Source of the DNA: Eledone cirrhosa
Taxonomy: Eukaryota
Direction: 5' to 3'
Assembly (NCBI GenBank): GCA_964016885.1
Contig: OZ024752.1
Coordinates: forward strand, 3,720,001 to 3,784,000
Length of the DNA: 64,000 nucleotides
Part shown: one piece after another, positions 1 to 13,773 of the stretch
Position numbering within the stretch: the first letter of the stretch is position 1
Layout of the letters: each line of letters opens with the position of its first letter
Translations under genes and position numbers: made by a program
Notes under the pieces: model-generated
The model's database searches: none
Told to the model about the DNA's origin: nothing
The model's input: the letters and a program-made list of their open reading frames with translations, nothing else

Positions 1-535
1 AGGACTTCCTGTATTTGGGAACAAAGATTGGGAATACGGAAGATGATGTGGTTGAGAGGAAGAGCAAAGCCTGGGCGGTGCGCCACAGCTGGAGATCGGT
101 GTGGAAGTTGGACCATCATAAAGACCTGAAAATCCACCTCTACATTTCTGTAGTGGAGTCTGTGCTGCTGTACGGGTCTGACACTTGGACACTGACCAAG
201 AAACTCACTCAGATGGTGGATGGGTGCTACACGAGAATGCTGAGGATGGCTCTGAAAATTAATCAGTATACACTGAGGATGAACAACTCAGAGCTGTCAG
301 AGCTGTAAGGGAGCCTCCCAAACGTTAGCTCAAAAGTGACACAGAGGAGACTGAGCTGAGCTGGACATGCTCACCGACATCCAGAGTTGACATTGCACTC
401 AGTGCTCCTCTGGGTGTCTCTAAGGACAGAGGAAGACCAAGGTTAATGTATGTAACGCAGGATATGGCAGCGATAATGAGGGACAGAGACCGCTGGAGAG
501 ACTCGTCCATGGATCTCGCGAATTATACCCGCCCT
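1..535 (+). mobile_element. RTE-clade LINE, degenerate 3' end of the RT ORF
   Basis: ORF 15..308 reads LYISVVESVLLYGSDTWTLTKK...DGCYTRMLRMAL. After a frameshift it continues AGHAHRHPE...RGRPR...MRDRDRWR, the typical RTE C-terminus. Confidence 0.8.
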
Positions 536-539
536 AGAA

Positions 540-817
540 TATATATTCATTTATACTGCCAATACATGAATTGAATAACCAAAACCGTAGCGGAATGTCA
601 CGTATCAAATCTTATATTTTGTCTGATGAAAACGTACTTAAACATACATTGAAATATGTATAATAAAATATATATTCTGATTATGAGAATATTTTTCATT
701 TATTAACAATTGCAATAATATTAAATATTCCAGGAAAATCTCTTGTCCAGTGCTTCTAATGTATTCTAAAATTGCATTTGTTGATTAATCAACGAACCGT
801 ATTAATCGTTGGTTATA

Positions 818-822
<5 letters not shown>
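540..822 (+). mobile_element. Penelope-like element terminal-repeat (pLTR) remnant
   Basis: Shares GGAATGTCAC...TATTTTGTCTGATGA...TTTTCATTTATTAA with the pLTRs at 1161-1398 and 52860-53056; ends in (TA)n. Confidence 0.6.
613..672 (+). ncRNA. Type I minimal hammerhead ribozyme, degenerate stem II
   Basis: TATATTTTGT-CTGATGA-aaacgta...tacatt-GAAA-tatgta-TA-ATAAAATATA. Stem I pairs and stem III is near-palindromic. Confidence 0.65.
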
Positions 823-859
<37 letters not shown>

Positions 860-879
860 TATAACCAACGATTAATACG

Positions 880-942
<63 letters not shown>

Positions 943-945
943 GAA

Positions 946-996
<51 letters not shown>

Positions 997-999
997 GAA

Positions 1000-1046
<47 letters not shown>

Positions 1047-1049
1047 GAA

Positions 1050-1100
<51 letters not shown>

Positions 1101-1117
1101 GAATATATGTATATATA

Positions 1118-1160
<43 letters not shown>

Positions 1161-1163
<3 letters not shown>

Positions 1164-1394
1164 ATATTAATAAATGAAAACTATATTTATAAAAGCATAT
1201 TTATTTTATTGTATATATTTCAATTGCAACCAAGGCAATTTATGGTGCGCTTTCATCAGATAAAATACAGATTTGTTTTATAAATAAATAGTGACATACC
1301 CGGAAAAAAAGACAACCTTAACGGTTGGAGCTTCCTGGATAGGATATTAAAGATTGTTAAGCTTGTTGAATCCCAACAAATTAAATATAACCTC

Positions 1395-1398
<4 letters not shown>
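1161..1398 (-). mobile_element. PLE pLTR remnant with degenerate hammerhead (1202-1267)
   Basis: Reverse complement reads TATTTTAT-CTGATGA-aagcgcacca...tggttgcaatt-GAAA-tatata-CA-ATAAAATA (U16.1 changed to C). The downstream tail matches 53010-53056. Confidence 0.7.
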
Positions 1399-1443
<45 letters not shown>

Positions 1444-1466
1444 GAATATATATATATATATATAAA

Positions 1467-1638
<172 letters not shown>

Positions 1639-1653
1639 TATATATATAAAGAT

Positions 1654-1953
1654 GGCTGGGAGTAGTGGCGTGCTCCTGTAATCTAGCTACTATGAAGCTT
1701 GGTTGGTCGGCCGGTTTGAGAATGGGGGTACTGGTAGTCGATCTTCTATGGCGATCGGGTGTCCGCGCTAACCTTGGCATCAATATGGTGCTGGAGAGGG
1801 AGCTCACTAGAACCAGGTTGACTAAGGAGGGTTGCTTCGGCCCAGGGCGGAAACGCAGCAGGCAAAAGACCCCGTGTTGAGCAGTAGTGAGATCGCGCCT
1901 GTGAATAGTTGTCGATTAGCAGCCTGTTTGATATAATTGAACACCAATCTCTT
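1654..1953 (+). ncRNA. RN7SL: Full-length 7SL (SRP) RNA sequence, probably a retrocopy
   Basis: Colinear with metazoan 7SL: Alu domain GGCTGGGAGTAGTGGCGTGCTCCTGTAATCTAGCTACT; CGATCGGGTGTCCGC; GGCATCAATATGGTG; helix 6 GGAG loop; helix 8 CCCAGGGCGGAAACGCAGCAGG; AGTAGTGAGATCGCGCCTGTGAATAG; ends TCTCTT. Confidence 0.95.
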
Positions 1954-2030
1954 ATATATAGATGAATATATATATATATAAATGAATATGTATATATATA
2001 TATATATATATTTGTATAAATGAATATATA

Positions 2031-2064
<34 letters not shown>

Positions 2065-2066
2065 GA

Positions 2067-2128
<62 letters not shown>

Positions 2129-2164
2129 ATAAATGAATATATAGAATATATATATATATATAAA

Positions 2165-3715
<1,551 letters not shown>

Positions 3716-4452
3716 ATATATATATATTCATTTATATGTATATATATATATATTCATTTATATATATATATATTTTGATGTATAAATATAAATGAGTATT
3801 ACATATATGTGTGCGCGCGCGTATCATATTAAATATGTATACCTTTCTATCTTTTATGCGTGTGTATATATGAGGGGGGGGTCGTGTGCGTGTGTCTCTG
3901 TGGGTGCGTGTGTTCATGCGAATGGCGGAGAAAGTGTGTTGGTGAGCTTGTATGTACATGCAGTAATTACAATTCCAAATCTCTGTAAATGTACTGAATT
4001 CTACAACATTGCGGTCATAACGACAACAACCATTTTCTTATTAATAAAATATCGTATCTCCTTAACATTTTCTCTCCTTTCAACTCAACTTCAGCCTTGA
4101 GGAAGTCTTTTGAAAAGAAACCAAACAATATTCGTTCATAATATTTTATATGAAATGCTCTGTTTTGTATTCACTTTTTTCTTTGCTTTTCGCTTTTTTT
4201 TTTTTTTGAGAAAGAGAGAGAAACCTTTTTGCTCACATTCATAACATATCTCGTATATGAAGCATTTCACTCAAAACTTCAAGCGGAACTGAGAACGTAT
4301 CTCATATCACAATCAACTCGAGTATAATACATTCTAAAGAATCCTACGTCAGTTTTCTTACCATATTTATAAACAAATAATGTCTCGAGCCAACGATATA
4401 TGTTCTACATGGCTGCTTGATCTAAGCTAGAAATAGCAGCTCCGTATCTTCC

Positions 4453-4645
4453 ATACAAGGGTCGGCTGAAACGTTTATAGGGTGACCACGATACTCTCAT
4501 AACATGACCAAATGAGGTTTATTTAGTCACTGGAAAGAAACACTGCAGCTATTAATAAGAAGAGTTAAAATTAATACATGCAGCATTTCACAGCTCTATC
4601 ATCAATCCTTCATTGTCAGCCCTATGATCTTTTCCCAATAAACCT
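4453..4645. mobile_element. Mariner-type MITE relic
   Basis: TACAAGGGTCGGCTGAAACGTTTATAGGGTGAC at the left, with an imperfect inverted counterpart GTCAGCCCTATGATCTTTTC at the right. Confidence 0.5.
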
Positions 4646-5345
4646 TTTTTTCTGGGAGCACTTTTACTACCTCTGTTGTTCCCACGACCCGTAACTACAG
4701 ACTTACAAACCAACAAGGGTACCATGTTATTTTTGCTGAAGCTGCTAGTAAAAGCAGTCAAATACAACTCAATTTGTGTGGTGGGGTATTAAACATAGTT
4801 TGGTCCAATATATATATCTAAAAGAAGGAGATTGTCACGACTGGAATGCGTGGCATGTTTTTTCTAAATACTGTTTTTGAATATCCATTTTTTTTCTAAT
4901 GATGTATAAATACAAATGAACATTAAATCTCACTTTCTGACGGAGTTTACTTTGTATCCGTAGAATTCTATATCTGTTGCGGTTGTCGTAGTTTTATTCT
5001 TAAGAAACATAATTAGGTGAACAAATAAGCCTCCTTGGGATAGAACGGTGTCCTCCAAATAACTGTAAAATCATCTCAGCTGAATGAAGCCACTGTACAT
5101 TAGGATCGGTGGACATGTGACGTTCAGTATACTGTTAGGCAGTACCTACATTACACAGGCCCTTATGTAGAAACATTAGTTGGAAACCATGGTATAGATA
5201 CAAAATATGGACAGAAAGTATAGTTTTAATATGTCTGTTTTATCCACCTTTTCAGAGTAGAGTATTGCGTTGCACAGCGTATAATGCAGAATGAGGAACG
5301 TGATTTACTTTCAAATGTTCAATTATTTCATTAATTTATGAAATT

Positions 5346-5459
5346 AATTGTTTCTACTTCTGGCACAAGGCCAGCAATTATCCAGTGTATTACTGGTACT
5401 TTATTTTATCGACCCCGTAAGGATGAAAGGCAAAGTTAACCTCAGCGGGATTTGAACTC
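5346..5459 (-). mobile_element. tRNA-derived SINE family A (Nin-domain-like), 3' part
   Basis: Reverse complement GAGTTCAAATCCCGC...AACTTTGCCTTTCATCCTTACGGGGTCGATAAAATAAAGTACCAGT; about 12 copies in the window. Confidence 0.85.
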
Positions 5460-5604
5460 GTTATCAAATAACAACGATCTCAAAACTACTATAAACAGCT
5501 AAATGTTTATATTTCATGCTCTTACATAGGAAAGCATCTACCATATTCTCCTATTACTGATAATCATACAACATTTTAGGGGCGCATAAACTAATGAAGA
5601 CGTC

Positions 5605-5780
5605 TCCGCGTGTTTACTTAATCTTCTAGAAATAGCAGCTAGATATTCATTCAAATCATATGGTACTGTTTTAATTAATAGACGACATAAAATTATAAAA
5701 ATTCACAATGCCCTCAAAAGACATAGCTGCAAATTGAATGCTTTTGATAACAGGTCTGTCAGATTAGAGCTAAATAACAG
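5605..5780 (+). repeat. Unclassified dispersed repeat
   Basis: CTAGAAATAGCAGC and ATA(AC)AGGTCTG segments recur at ~4410-4450, ~19340-19520 and, inverted, at ~59930-60030. Confidence 0.4.
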
Positions 5781-8192
5781 TGATAGTACTCAGAGTATTA
5801 TGGATTGTTCAAAATTTAGTGATCTTTTTTTTTGTTTTGCTTTCATTTCAAATCAGTTTCACATCTTATTTTATGAAAGAAAATAGTGAAAACTCATGCT
5901 CATATGTTATTAATCTCCTATTAAAAATTTAGTAATTACTGTAACATTGACCGCAGTAAGTACACTTTCAGCATTTCTCGTTCAAAGCTTATACTTTATG
6001 GAGAATGTTACTGTGGGGCTTACACTGGAAGTGCTGACCGAGTGGATTAAAACTCCTGTAAGAGAAAGCTATTAAGTAATAGACTAGTGTACTTTCCAGA
6101 ATGAGCCATGTTACTCATCATTCTTACAGTAACATTTATGTGAGATCATTAGGGTCAATGAAATAATTTTTCATTCTATTTACTTTGGATGTTTTCTCCG
6201 TGAACTTTACAATGTCAATTTACTACATTATCTCTGATACCAATCACATTTGTCAATAACTTTTGATGTGAATTATACTATATCTTTTGTCTATGATGCT
6301 TTACTTTCATTGTATTATCGGCTGCATTTCTGAATCTGATCTAAAGCTCCTTTGAGTGGTTTCTATACATTATTTGTTGTTTCATTCAGTTAGTTATTAG
6401 CTATAGATGTTTATCTTAGTTATTGTACCATATCTCATAACAAACTAGGAATAAAGAGGTATAAAACATTTTTTAGTCTTTTTTTTTCTACTTTATCAGT
6501 GACTCAGTTCTTCACAATCTTGTTCGAGATTATAATATATTTATTAGGTTTTTAAAAGATTATAACTTCATCTTGTAAGAATAAAAGAATTTAAAGAATT
6601 CAAAAATAAAATTAAAAACAGAGTAGAGATATAGAAATTAGATAAAATCCATTCCATTATTTTATAAGCATATTAATTATTTGTTTATTTATTTCCTTAT
6701 GAATATTTATATTATTTTTTTAGACCATATTCCCTATAGTACTGCGATAATTTTCATTTTACTTCTGTGTTAAAATTGGACTGTGGTAATGAATATATAT
6801 TATATGTTTTATACGTGGTTGTATGTGTGCTATTGTATGTTGGCTGATTGATGATTTCCATAAGAAGAAAATTGTTTGTATATCTAAAAATGTATTATTT
6901 CCCTCGTAAATAATAAACGTCTGTATTACAATTCTAGAAATGTTGCTGTCTGTCCGTACATTCTGAAGTTCCACATTCCATATCTTTCATAACATGACAA
7001 TTAATCATCTACTAATTAAAGTATATTTAATTATATTAATTAATTAAATAATTATAATGTTTACAAAATGTATTTTAGAATTCTTGCAACAGCAAACATT
7101 ATAATGGCTGAGAACAGTCATTTAAATCAGAATCATTATTTTATTGTTTTATCAGCGCAGATGTAATGAAGTATAGAATAAGCTCATAAATATGAATTTC
7201 GAACTTAAAATATGTATACATCACGTGGTATTGTAGATTAATTTGTTGGACGCTCTACTGATTCTGCTTTGTATCATTCTCCTGTCATCAAATAATGTTA
7301 AGTAACCTGTAAGGAATGTTATAAAGATTTCATAGGGAACAGATTAGTCACAGAAAGTAGTTAGATTACCACGGATATTTAACGTTTTAACACAGCAAGC
7401 TTCGCTCGTAATCCTTTCATATGGTGTCATACCCCTCCGACGTAAAATATCACCGCCAAACTATATCCCGAATATTCCATGGTTCCCTTAAAACCTATCA
7501 AATCTGTTACATATTTAGCCCCTCTGTAAAATTAGTATGTGGACGTGTTTGTCTTTTCTACAGGGTTAATAGATGCCTGCGTGTTACGTGTATATATGCT
7601 ACAGGTTTTCACCACGTTTGACTGTTTTAAACATTTTCCTTCCGATTGAATGCAAAAGAACCCATCAAATGTACAGAGGTCAAATAAACTATTTAAATTT
7701 GATGGAAGGATATTTTCCAGTTACATCCCCAAAGCGGGAAAATAAGCAGTATCTCTAAGAAAACGCCCAGAATGAGAAACTACAAAGGATATTATGCGCA
7801 GAAACAATTGTAAGAGTTTCTGATAGATTTCTGTTTGGAGACACCATTGTATTTGGTTAATTATAAACTATAGAAAATGGAATACTCGGATAAATCTCGG
7901 TTAGTATATACCGCAATTTAACACCTATCTCCTTATGAATAATTTCTAAAATGTACATGTAATAGTAATTTACTTTGAATCAGAAAGTCAGCGATGGAAC
8001 AATGTTGCTTTTGATTGCGCAAATATTCACCATATTTTGTTTCAATATAGCTGTTATGTTTAAGTAATATTAAGGCGTAACAACTTGTATAAACTATGCA
8101 TATATAAACACACTTAATACACACGCTATCACACACACACACACACACGCACATACAACACACACACACATACACACACACACACACACATG

Positions 8193-8220
<28 letters not shown>

Positions 8221-8227
<7 letters not shown>

Positions 8228-8651
8228 GAATTACAATTTACCTTCAGGCATAGTTGTATACAGATATGTATTGGAATTTCGTATTTCAGGAGAAATACAG
8301 TGTGTTTAAAACAAACATGTGGAGAGCCGTAGCTATGCCAAAACACAAGCGACTAATGCCATCTGGCGGTGTCCAACAGAAGTAAGGTGGACCATCGTGG
8401 ATGTGCATTTCGAACTGAACTAGTTCCCATCAGCACGATTCCTCCCACTCTTGCAATTTTGAAAACAGACGAGAACATATAGTTTTCTCGTCTGTGTAAA
8501 TGAAGTGCTTAATCTCATTTGCAAATGGAGCTGTGTAAGTTGACTCAACGTATAATAGTATAGAATTACAATTTAGTTTCAGGCATAGTTGTATACAGTG
8601 TATACAGATATGTATCAGAATTTAGTATTTCAGAAGAAATACTGTATGTTC

Positions 8652-8655
<4 letters not shown>
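8221..8655 (-). mobile_element. Retrozyme-like unit: ~335-bp monomer with ~85-bp direct terminal repeats and one hammerhead, inside (TA)n
   Basis: ATAGAATTACAATTTA..TTCAGGCATAGTTGTATACAG...GTATTTCAG.AGAAATAC occurs at 8225-8300 and 8560-8643. HHR at 8394-8439. No recognisable coding sequence. Confidence 0.7.
8394..8439 (-). ncRNA. Type I hammerhead ribozyme (A9G core variant)
   Basis: Reverse complement ATCGTG-CTGATGG-GAACT agttc AGTTC-GAAA-TGcaCA-TC-CACGAT. Stem I 6 bp, stem II 5 bp, minimal stem III, AUC cleavage triplet. Confidence 0.8.
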
Positions 8656-8734
<79 letters not shown>

Positions 8735-9955
8735 GAAATCAGGGAGAAAAAGACGATTATTAGGAATAACAAATTTCTTTTCCATTTTTATTTCTTTCTC
8801 TCTTTTTTTCTGGGTTAGAAAATGATTAAAACGAAATATTTTACTTTGTGTGAAGTGTTAAGGTATTAGTTGATTTATTTATTAATTAACAATGGCATTT
8901 ATTTATTTATTTATATATTTAATAAGTGTCTATTAACGGTTTCAACATTTTTATGCATTATCAAATGATAATAATATGTATTGGTATAGAATGGTGGTGT
9001 TGGACATGTTAAAGAAATGGTGCAGAAAGAATAATGTGATTTACAAAGAAGGTTTATGAAGTGAAAAGAAAAAAGAAAAAAAGGAAAAAAATGGAAAAAA
9101 AAGGACAGTAATGTGGAGCTTAATAAGTGAATGTGAAAGAAAAAATAATGTTATTTACAGGCATAGTTCTTGAAGATAAGCAGATGAAAATGTGTTAATA
9201 TAGCAAGAGTGCTTAGTTGATCTATGATGGAGGAAAATGGTGGACTGGGGTTTGATATGATTTCCCTTTTTAGAGAGTTAATATGCAGAGGGAGGTAATT
9301 CATGCTGTATGATATTTTATTTATTTAAGAAAAAGGATTAGGTAGGGTGTAAGGGAGGTGACTCTTTATAGAGACATAGGTATTTGTAAATGTTTGATTG
9401 TTCGTTCCAGTTTTAGTCCGAAGTTTAGTGCATTAATTAGGGGTTGGAATTTGTTAATGAAATACGTTTCTTTCTTGGTACGATGGATGAAAGTAGCGTT
9501 GTCTATGAATTTGTAAATGGGGAATTTTTTAAAGTTTGGATGTTGGTTGGGTGCACAATTGGCGATATGTTCACTAAATGCAATATTTCTGTATTCCTGT
9601 ATTTTGATTTGTGATTTATGGACGGTCATACGATGTCGGAGGCTGTTTTTTGTCTGTCCTGTGTAGTGCTCTTGACAACCTGGGCTGGTCAAAACATAGA
9701 TTAGGTTTTCAGATGCACATGTAAAGTTGTGTTTAACTGTGAAATATTGTCCTTGTTTAAAATGGAATGTTGAACCTTCTATTAGATTTATGCATATGCC
9801 ACATTTGAGCCTTCCGCATTTTGTTACTGTAGGGTTCATTGTGAGGTTTTGTTGGATTTTGGCTTGTGTGAGGATGTTTTATTATGGATTTAGGTTGTCT
9901 TTTACTCTTTATGATGTTGTGTGTTTGGAGGATTTTGTTCATTCTTGGGTCTCTA
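8735..9955 (-). mobile_element. Penelope-like element 3' part (GIY-YIG + ~630-bp 3' UTR/pLTR), left arm
   Basis: ORF 9366..9839 reads KCGRLKCGIC...FTCASENLIYVLTSPGCQEHYTGQTKNSLRHRMTVHKSQI...FSEHIANC...KETYFINKFQPLIN, a Cys-rich linker plus GIY-YIG (Neptune-like). Confidence 0.92.
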
Positions 9956-10862
9956 ACCACCATCCCTAAACAACAATGGATTCCAACATGCCCTAAAACT
10001 CGACATCCAGGAACTCAGACACCCCAAACCCAGGAATGAACCGCAACAGAAAACTCTACCATGCATCTCCACACACAACCCCCTCAACAATGAGGCATTC
10101 GACACCATCCTCCAGAACATTCCTTTACTAAAAAGAGACCCAAGAATGAAAAAAATCCTCCAAACACACAACACCATAAAGAGCAAAAGACAACCTAAAT
10201 CTATAAAAAACATCCTCACACAATCCAAAATCCAACAGACCCTCACAATGAATCCTTCAGTAACAAAATGCGGAAGGCCCAACTAATCCTTTTTCTTAAA
10301 TAAATTATATATCATCCAGCATGAATTACCTCCCCCTGCATATTAACTCTCTAAAAAGGGAAATCATATCAAACCCCAGTCCACCATTTGCCTCCATCAT
10401 GGACTCTTACATTTGATCTGCTTATCTTCAAGAACTATACCTGTAAATAACATTATTTTTTCTTTCACATTCATTTATTATGATCCACATTACTCCCCTT
10501 TTTTTCCTTTTTTTTCTTTTTTCTTTTCACTTCATAAACCTTCTTTGTAAATCACATTATTCTTTCTGCACCAATTCTGTAACATGTCCAAAACCACCAT
10601 TCTACACCAATACATATTATTATCATTTGATAATGCATAAAAATGTTGAAACCGGTAATAGACAATTATTAAATATATAAATAAATAAATAAATGCCATT
10701 GTTAATTAATAAATAAATCAAGTAATGCCTTAACACTTCACACAAAGTAAAATATTTCGCTTTAATCATTTTCTAACCCAGAAAAAGAGAGAAATAAATA
10801 AAAAGGGAAAAAAAAATATTTTTCTTCCTAATAATCGTCTTTTTCTCCCTGTTTCTCCCTGT
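9955..10862 (+). mobile_element. Second copy of the same PLE in opposite orientation, internally deleted, right arm
   Basis: 10135-10281 is the reverse complement of 9808-9955, and 10282-10860 is the reverse complement of ~8740-9343. The GIY-YIG region is deleted after KCGRP. Confidence 0.9.
10622..10665 (+). ncRNA. Degenerate hammerhead in the pLTR (inverted twin at 8928-8970)
   Basis: TTGATAA-tgcat aaaa atgtt-GAAA-CCGG-TA. Palindromic stem III ACCGGT; core deviates from CUGAUGA in both arms. Confidence 0.5.
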
Positions 10863-10892
10863 ATATATATATATGTGCTTCCTCTCCACATT

Positions 10893-10987
<95 letters not shown>

Positions 10988-11649
10988 CATATTTATATAT
11001 ATTTACATATTTATATATATTGCATTGAAAATAGATTTCTTTGATGTATTGTTAGTTTTATAATGGCTATTATTTTATTTTCATATATTTTGACTAAACT
11101 TGCCACAGTTTATTTCAATCTACGTACTTCACTTATAATTGATAATGATAAAAAAAAATGAAAACAACTATTAAAGTTAAAGGAAGCGAGACTGTATTCT
11201 CTAATATATAAATCATAATTTCCATGGTTTAATTGAAATCATTATCAGTTCAAATTATTATTAAGAGAATTCCCACGTTTACCAAAAGAAAAAATAGAAT
11301 GTTATTATCAACAATGATAAATGAATTTAGTATCGTAACCAAATAGAAATCAATAAAAACTCAGAAAAGGCCGACATTTTCTCATGGTGAAAGGCGAATA
11401 TATTCTTAATATATCAGCTATCTTGTAGGAATTGTAGGAGAATGAGAATTCAGTAAGCAGTTAAGAGAATCTATAACAAAACGTTATTTTTTTTATTCCT
11501 CAGCCGTATATTTTCCAGCTGACATTCAGTACAGGTGAATCTTTAGAATGGTGTAAACTAGCAATTCCTTACTAAGCTTTCTTTGTACTCTGAACCATTA
11601 CCATGTTTTAATATCCAAATACATCATTAGAAGCATACCACGTGCTATA

Positions 11650-11945
11650 GTTTGAAATCTGTAAATTTCTAGGTCACTGCTGATAGTAACTGGGAAAGAA
11701 TGACTGTGAGAGAGTAAATGTGGGAGAAGCTTCGAGCAAGGTAGGTATTTATGAATATATATGAGAAATATCTGTAAAGGAATGCGTGAGCAAGATAAGC
11801 GTATTACTGTTCTTTTGAAAGCAAAAGCGAACATTTCAAATATTATTTGGGCCTGAAATGTCCTCCCCTTCAGTGAGAAGTTTCTCTGATGTTTAAGAGA
11901 TCATATATTTCTTCAGAGAAGAGAAGAAATTACTGAAGTGTGTGT
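11650..11945 (+). mobile_element. hAT-superfamily transposase C-terminal relic
   Basis: Frameshifted FKY...SV(E)RSFS-MFK..ISSEKRRN at ~11835-11935 resembles the hAT dimerisation-domain motif ERSFS. Confidence 0.35.
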
Positions 11946-12519
11946 TCTGTAAACATTTTCTGCCAGTGCTGTCATAAAACAAAAATTAAAACATTACAAA
12001 ATAGCAAAGAAAAATTTTGGAAGAATGTCAATAATTCTTTAATTATATTTGCTAACGTTCAGAGAAATATTATAAGAATATATTTTGAAGAGATATAGCT
12101 CTATATCAATATTAGTAGTAAAACACGTTTGGTTCAGAAATATTTGCAATGGGGTGGCTTAACCTCAGAAAATTACAGAATGCCAACTTGAAATACACAT
12201 ATGTGTTATAGCCTGTATCGTTAGCTGGTTTCAAACGGTCTAATGTAATGTTGTTTAATAGAATACGTTACCAGATTGCTCTACATTCGGACGTAGTTCA
12301 ACATATATTAAAATGAAAATAGGGTTCAGCATTTTCTTTGATTTGATTTAGATGAGCGGGAACTGTCCATGTGTCTTTTTCCGAGTTATCTGTTTTCGTT
12401 ATATGTTACACGTGTTTTGTAATGATATTATGATTGGAACCGATACAACCTAAATTTAAGTAAAATCTATCTATCTATATATAAAGAAATGCACCAAACA
12501 GCTGAAGTGTAAAATAAAG

Positions 12520-12642
<123 letters not shown>

Positions 12643-12749
12643 GAGAGAGAGAGAGAGAGGGGGGGAGAGAGAGAGTAGATAACTGTGTCTGAGCCAATAT
12701 GATTATAAATATATAACTTTTTAATATGTAGATATACACATTTCGCCGT

Positions 12750-12815
12750 AAATTGAGTACATTCACTCGACTTTCGGACCCAGTTGTGTCATCATCAGAA
12801 GATATATATATCCTA
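12750..12815 (-). ncRNA. Candidate degenerate hammerhead
   Basis: Reverse complement aggatatatatatctt-CTGATGA-tGACacaactggGTCc-GAAA-gtcgagt...actc. Core intact; stems I and III ambiguous. Confidence 0.35.
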
Positions 12816-13349
12816 AACAACCATTACGACATACTTATTTGATGGACTTATATAATTCGGTGCAGTCATGATTGGTGACTCTGTATATATACGGATATAA
12901 CTTTCCCGTACAAATATATTTTTCCTTGTGGTTGTTTAGATGACACGTACTCCCAATGAAGACCCATCTTGGTAAAGAACATCGATTAAAGGTATTTATT
13001 ATATTTCAATATACAGGGGAATTCGTATTTCTGACATGTTTACATGTCTATATATTAAGATTGTATATATTTATATACACAATGGTGCAGTCTCGTTTCC
13101 CCATTGAATATATTTCGATAATAATACAAATAGTGAAGATGAAATTGGTCAGCAGCTGAATCACCCGTTACATATATTAAAATTAGGCTATGTGATTTTA
13201 TTAGAATCTAAAGTTTAGATTCTAATAAACTCTAAAGTTTAGATTCTAAACTTCACTTCAACTTGCATATCTCAGATTGTTGAAAAGATTAAGCAGTGTT
13301 GCAGTAACACAATTGATGTAGGTTTGTATTTCATGTTAGAGACTAGGTT

Positions 13350-13520
13350 TTGATCATTATAGTCCCTTGTGTTCTGAGATCAAATCTCAGCGTGGTTGGC
13401 TTTGCCTTTTATACTTAAGGAATTACTTAAGTAAAGTACCAGTAACGCACTGGATTCGGTTTCATCTACATTCCCCTTCTTTTTAAATTGCTGGCTTTGT
13501 GCCAAAATTAGAAACACTTA
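13350..13520 (+). mobile_element. SINE family A, old copy
   Basis: TTCTGAGATCAAATCTCAGC...GGCTTTGCCTTTTAT...AAAGTACCAGTAACGCACTGG...GCTGGCTTTGTGCCAAAATTAGAAAC. Confidence 0.7.
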
Positions 13521-13712
13521 TTGCGCTGCTTTGTACAACTTTGTCACTCAAATACACAATTAAATATATTATTTACACATGTATGTATGTGCGTAGGTAT
13601 GTATTTATGCATACTTACATACACACGTACATATATATATATATATATATATGTATATATGCATATATATAAATACATGTGCATATATCAATATATATAT
13701 GTTCATATATAT

Positions 13713-13773
<61 letters not shown>

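Noticed and set aside
7370-7640. Possible Helitron/Helentron-type relic (also ~14900-15090)
   Set aside because: Only TTTAGCCCCT is shared and no termini could be defined.
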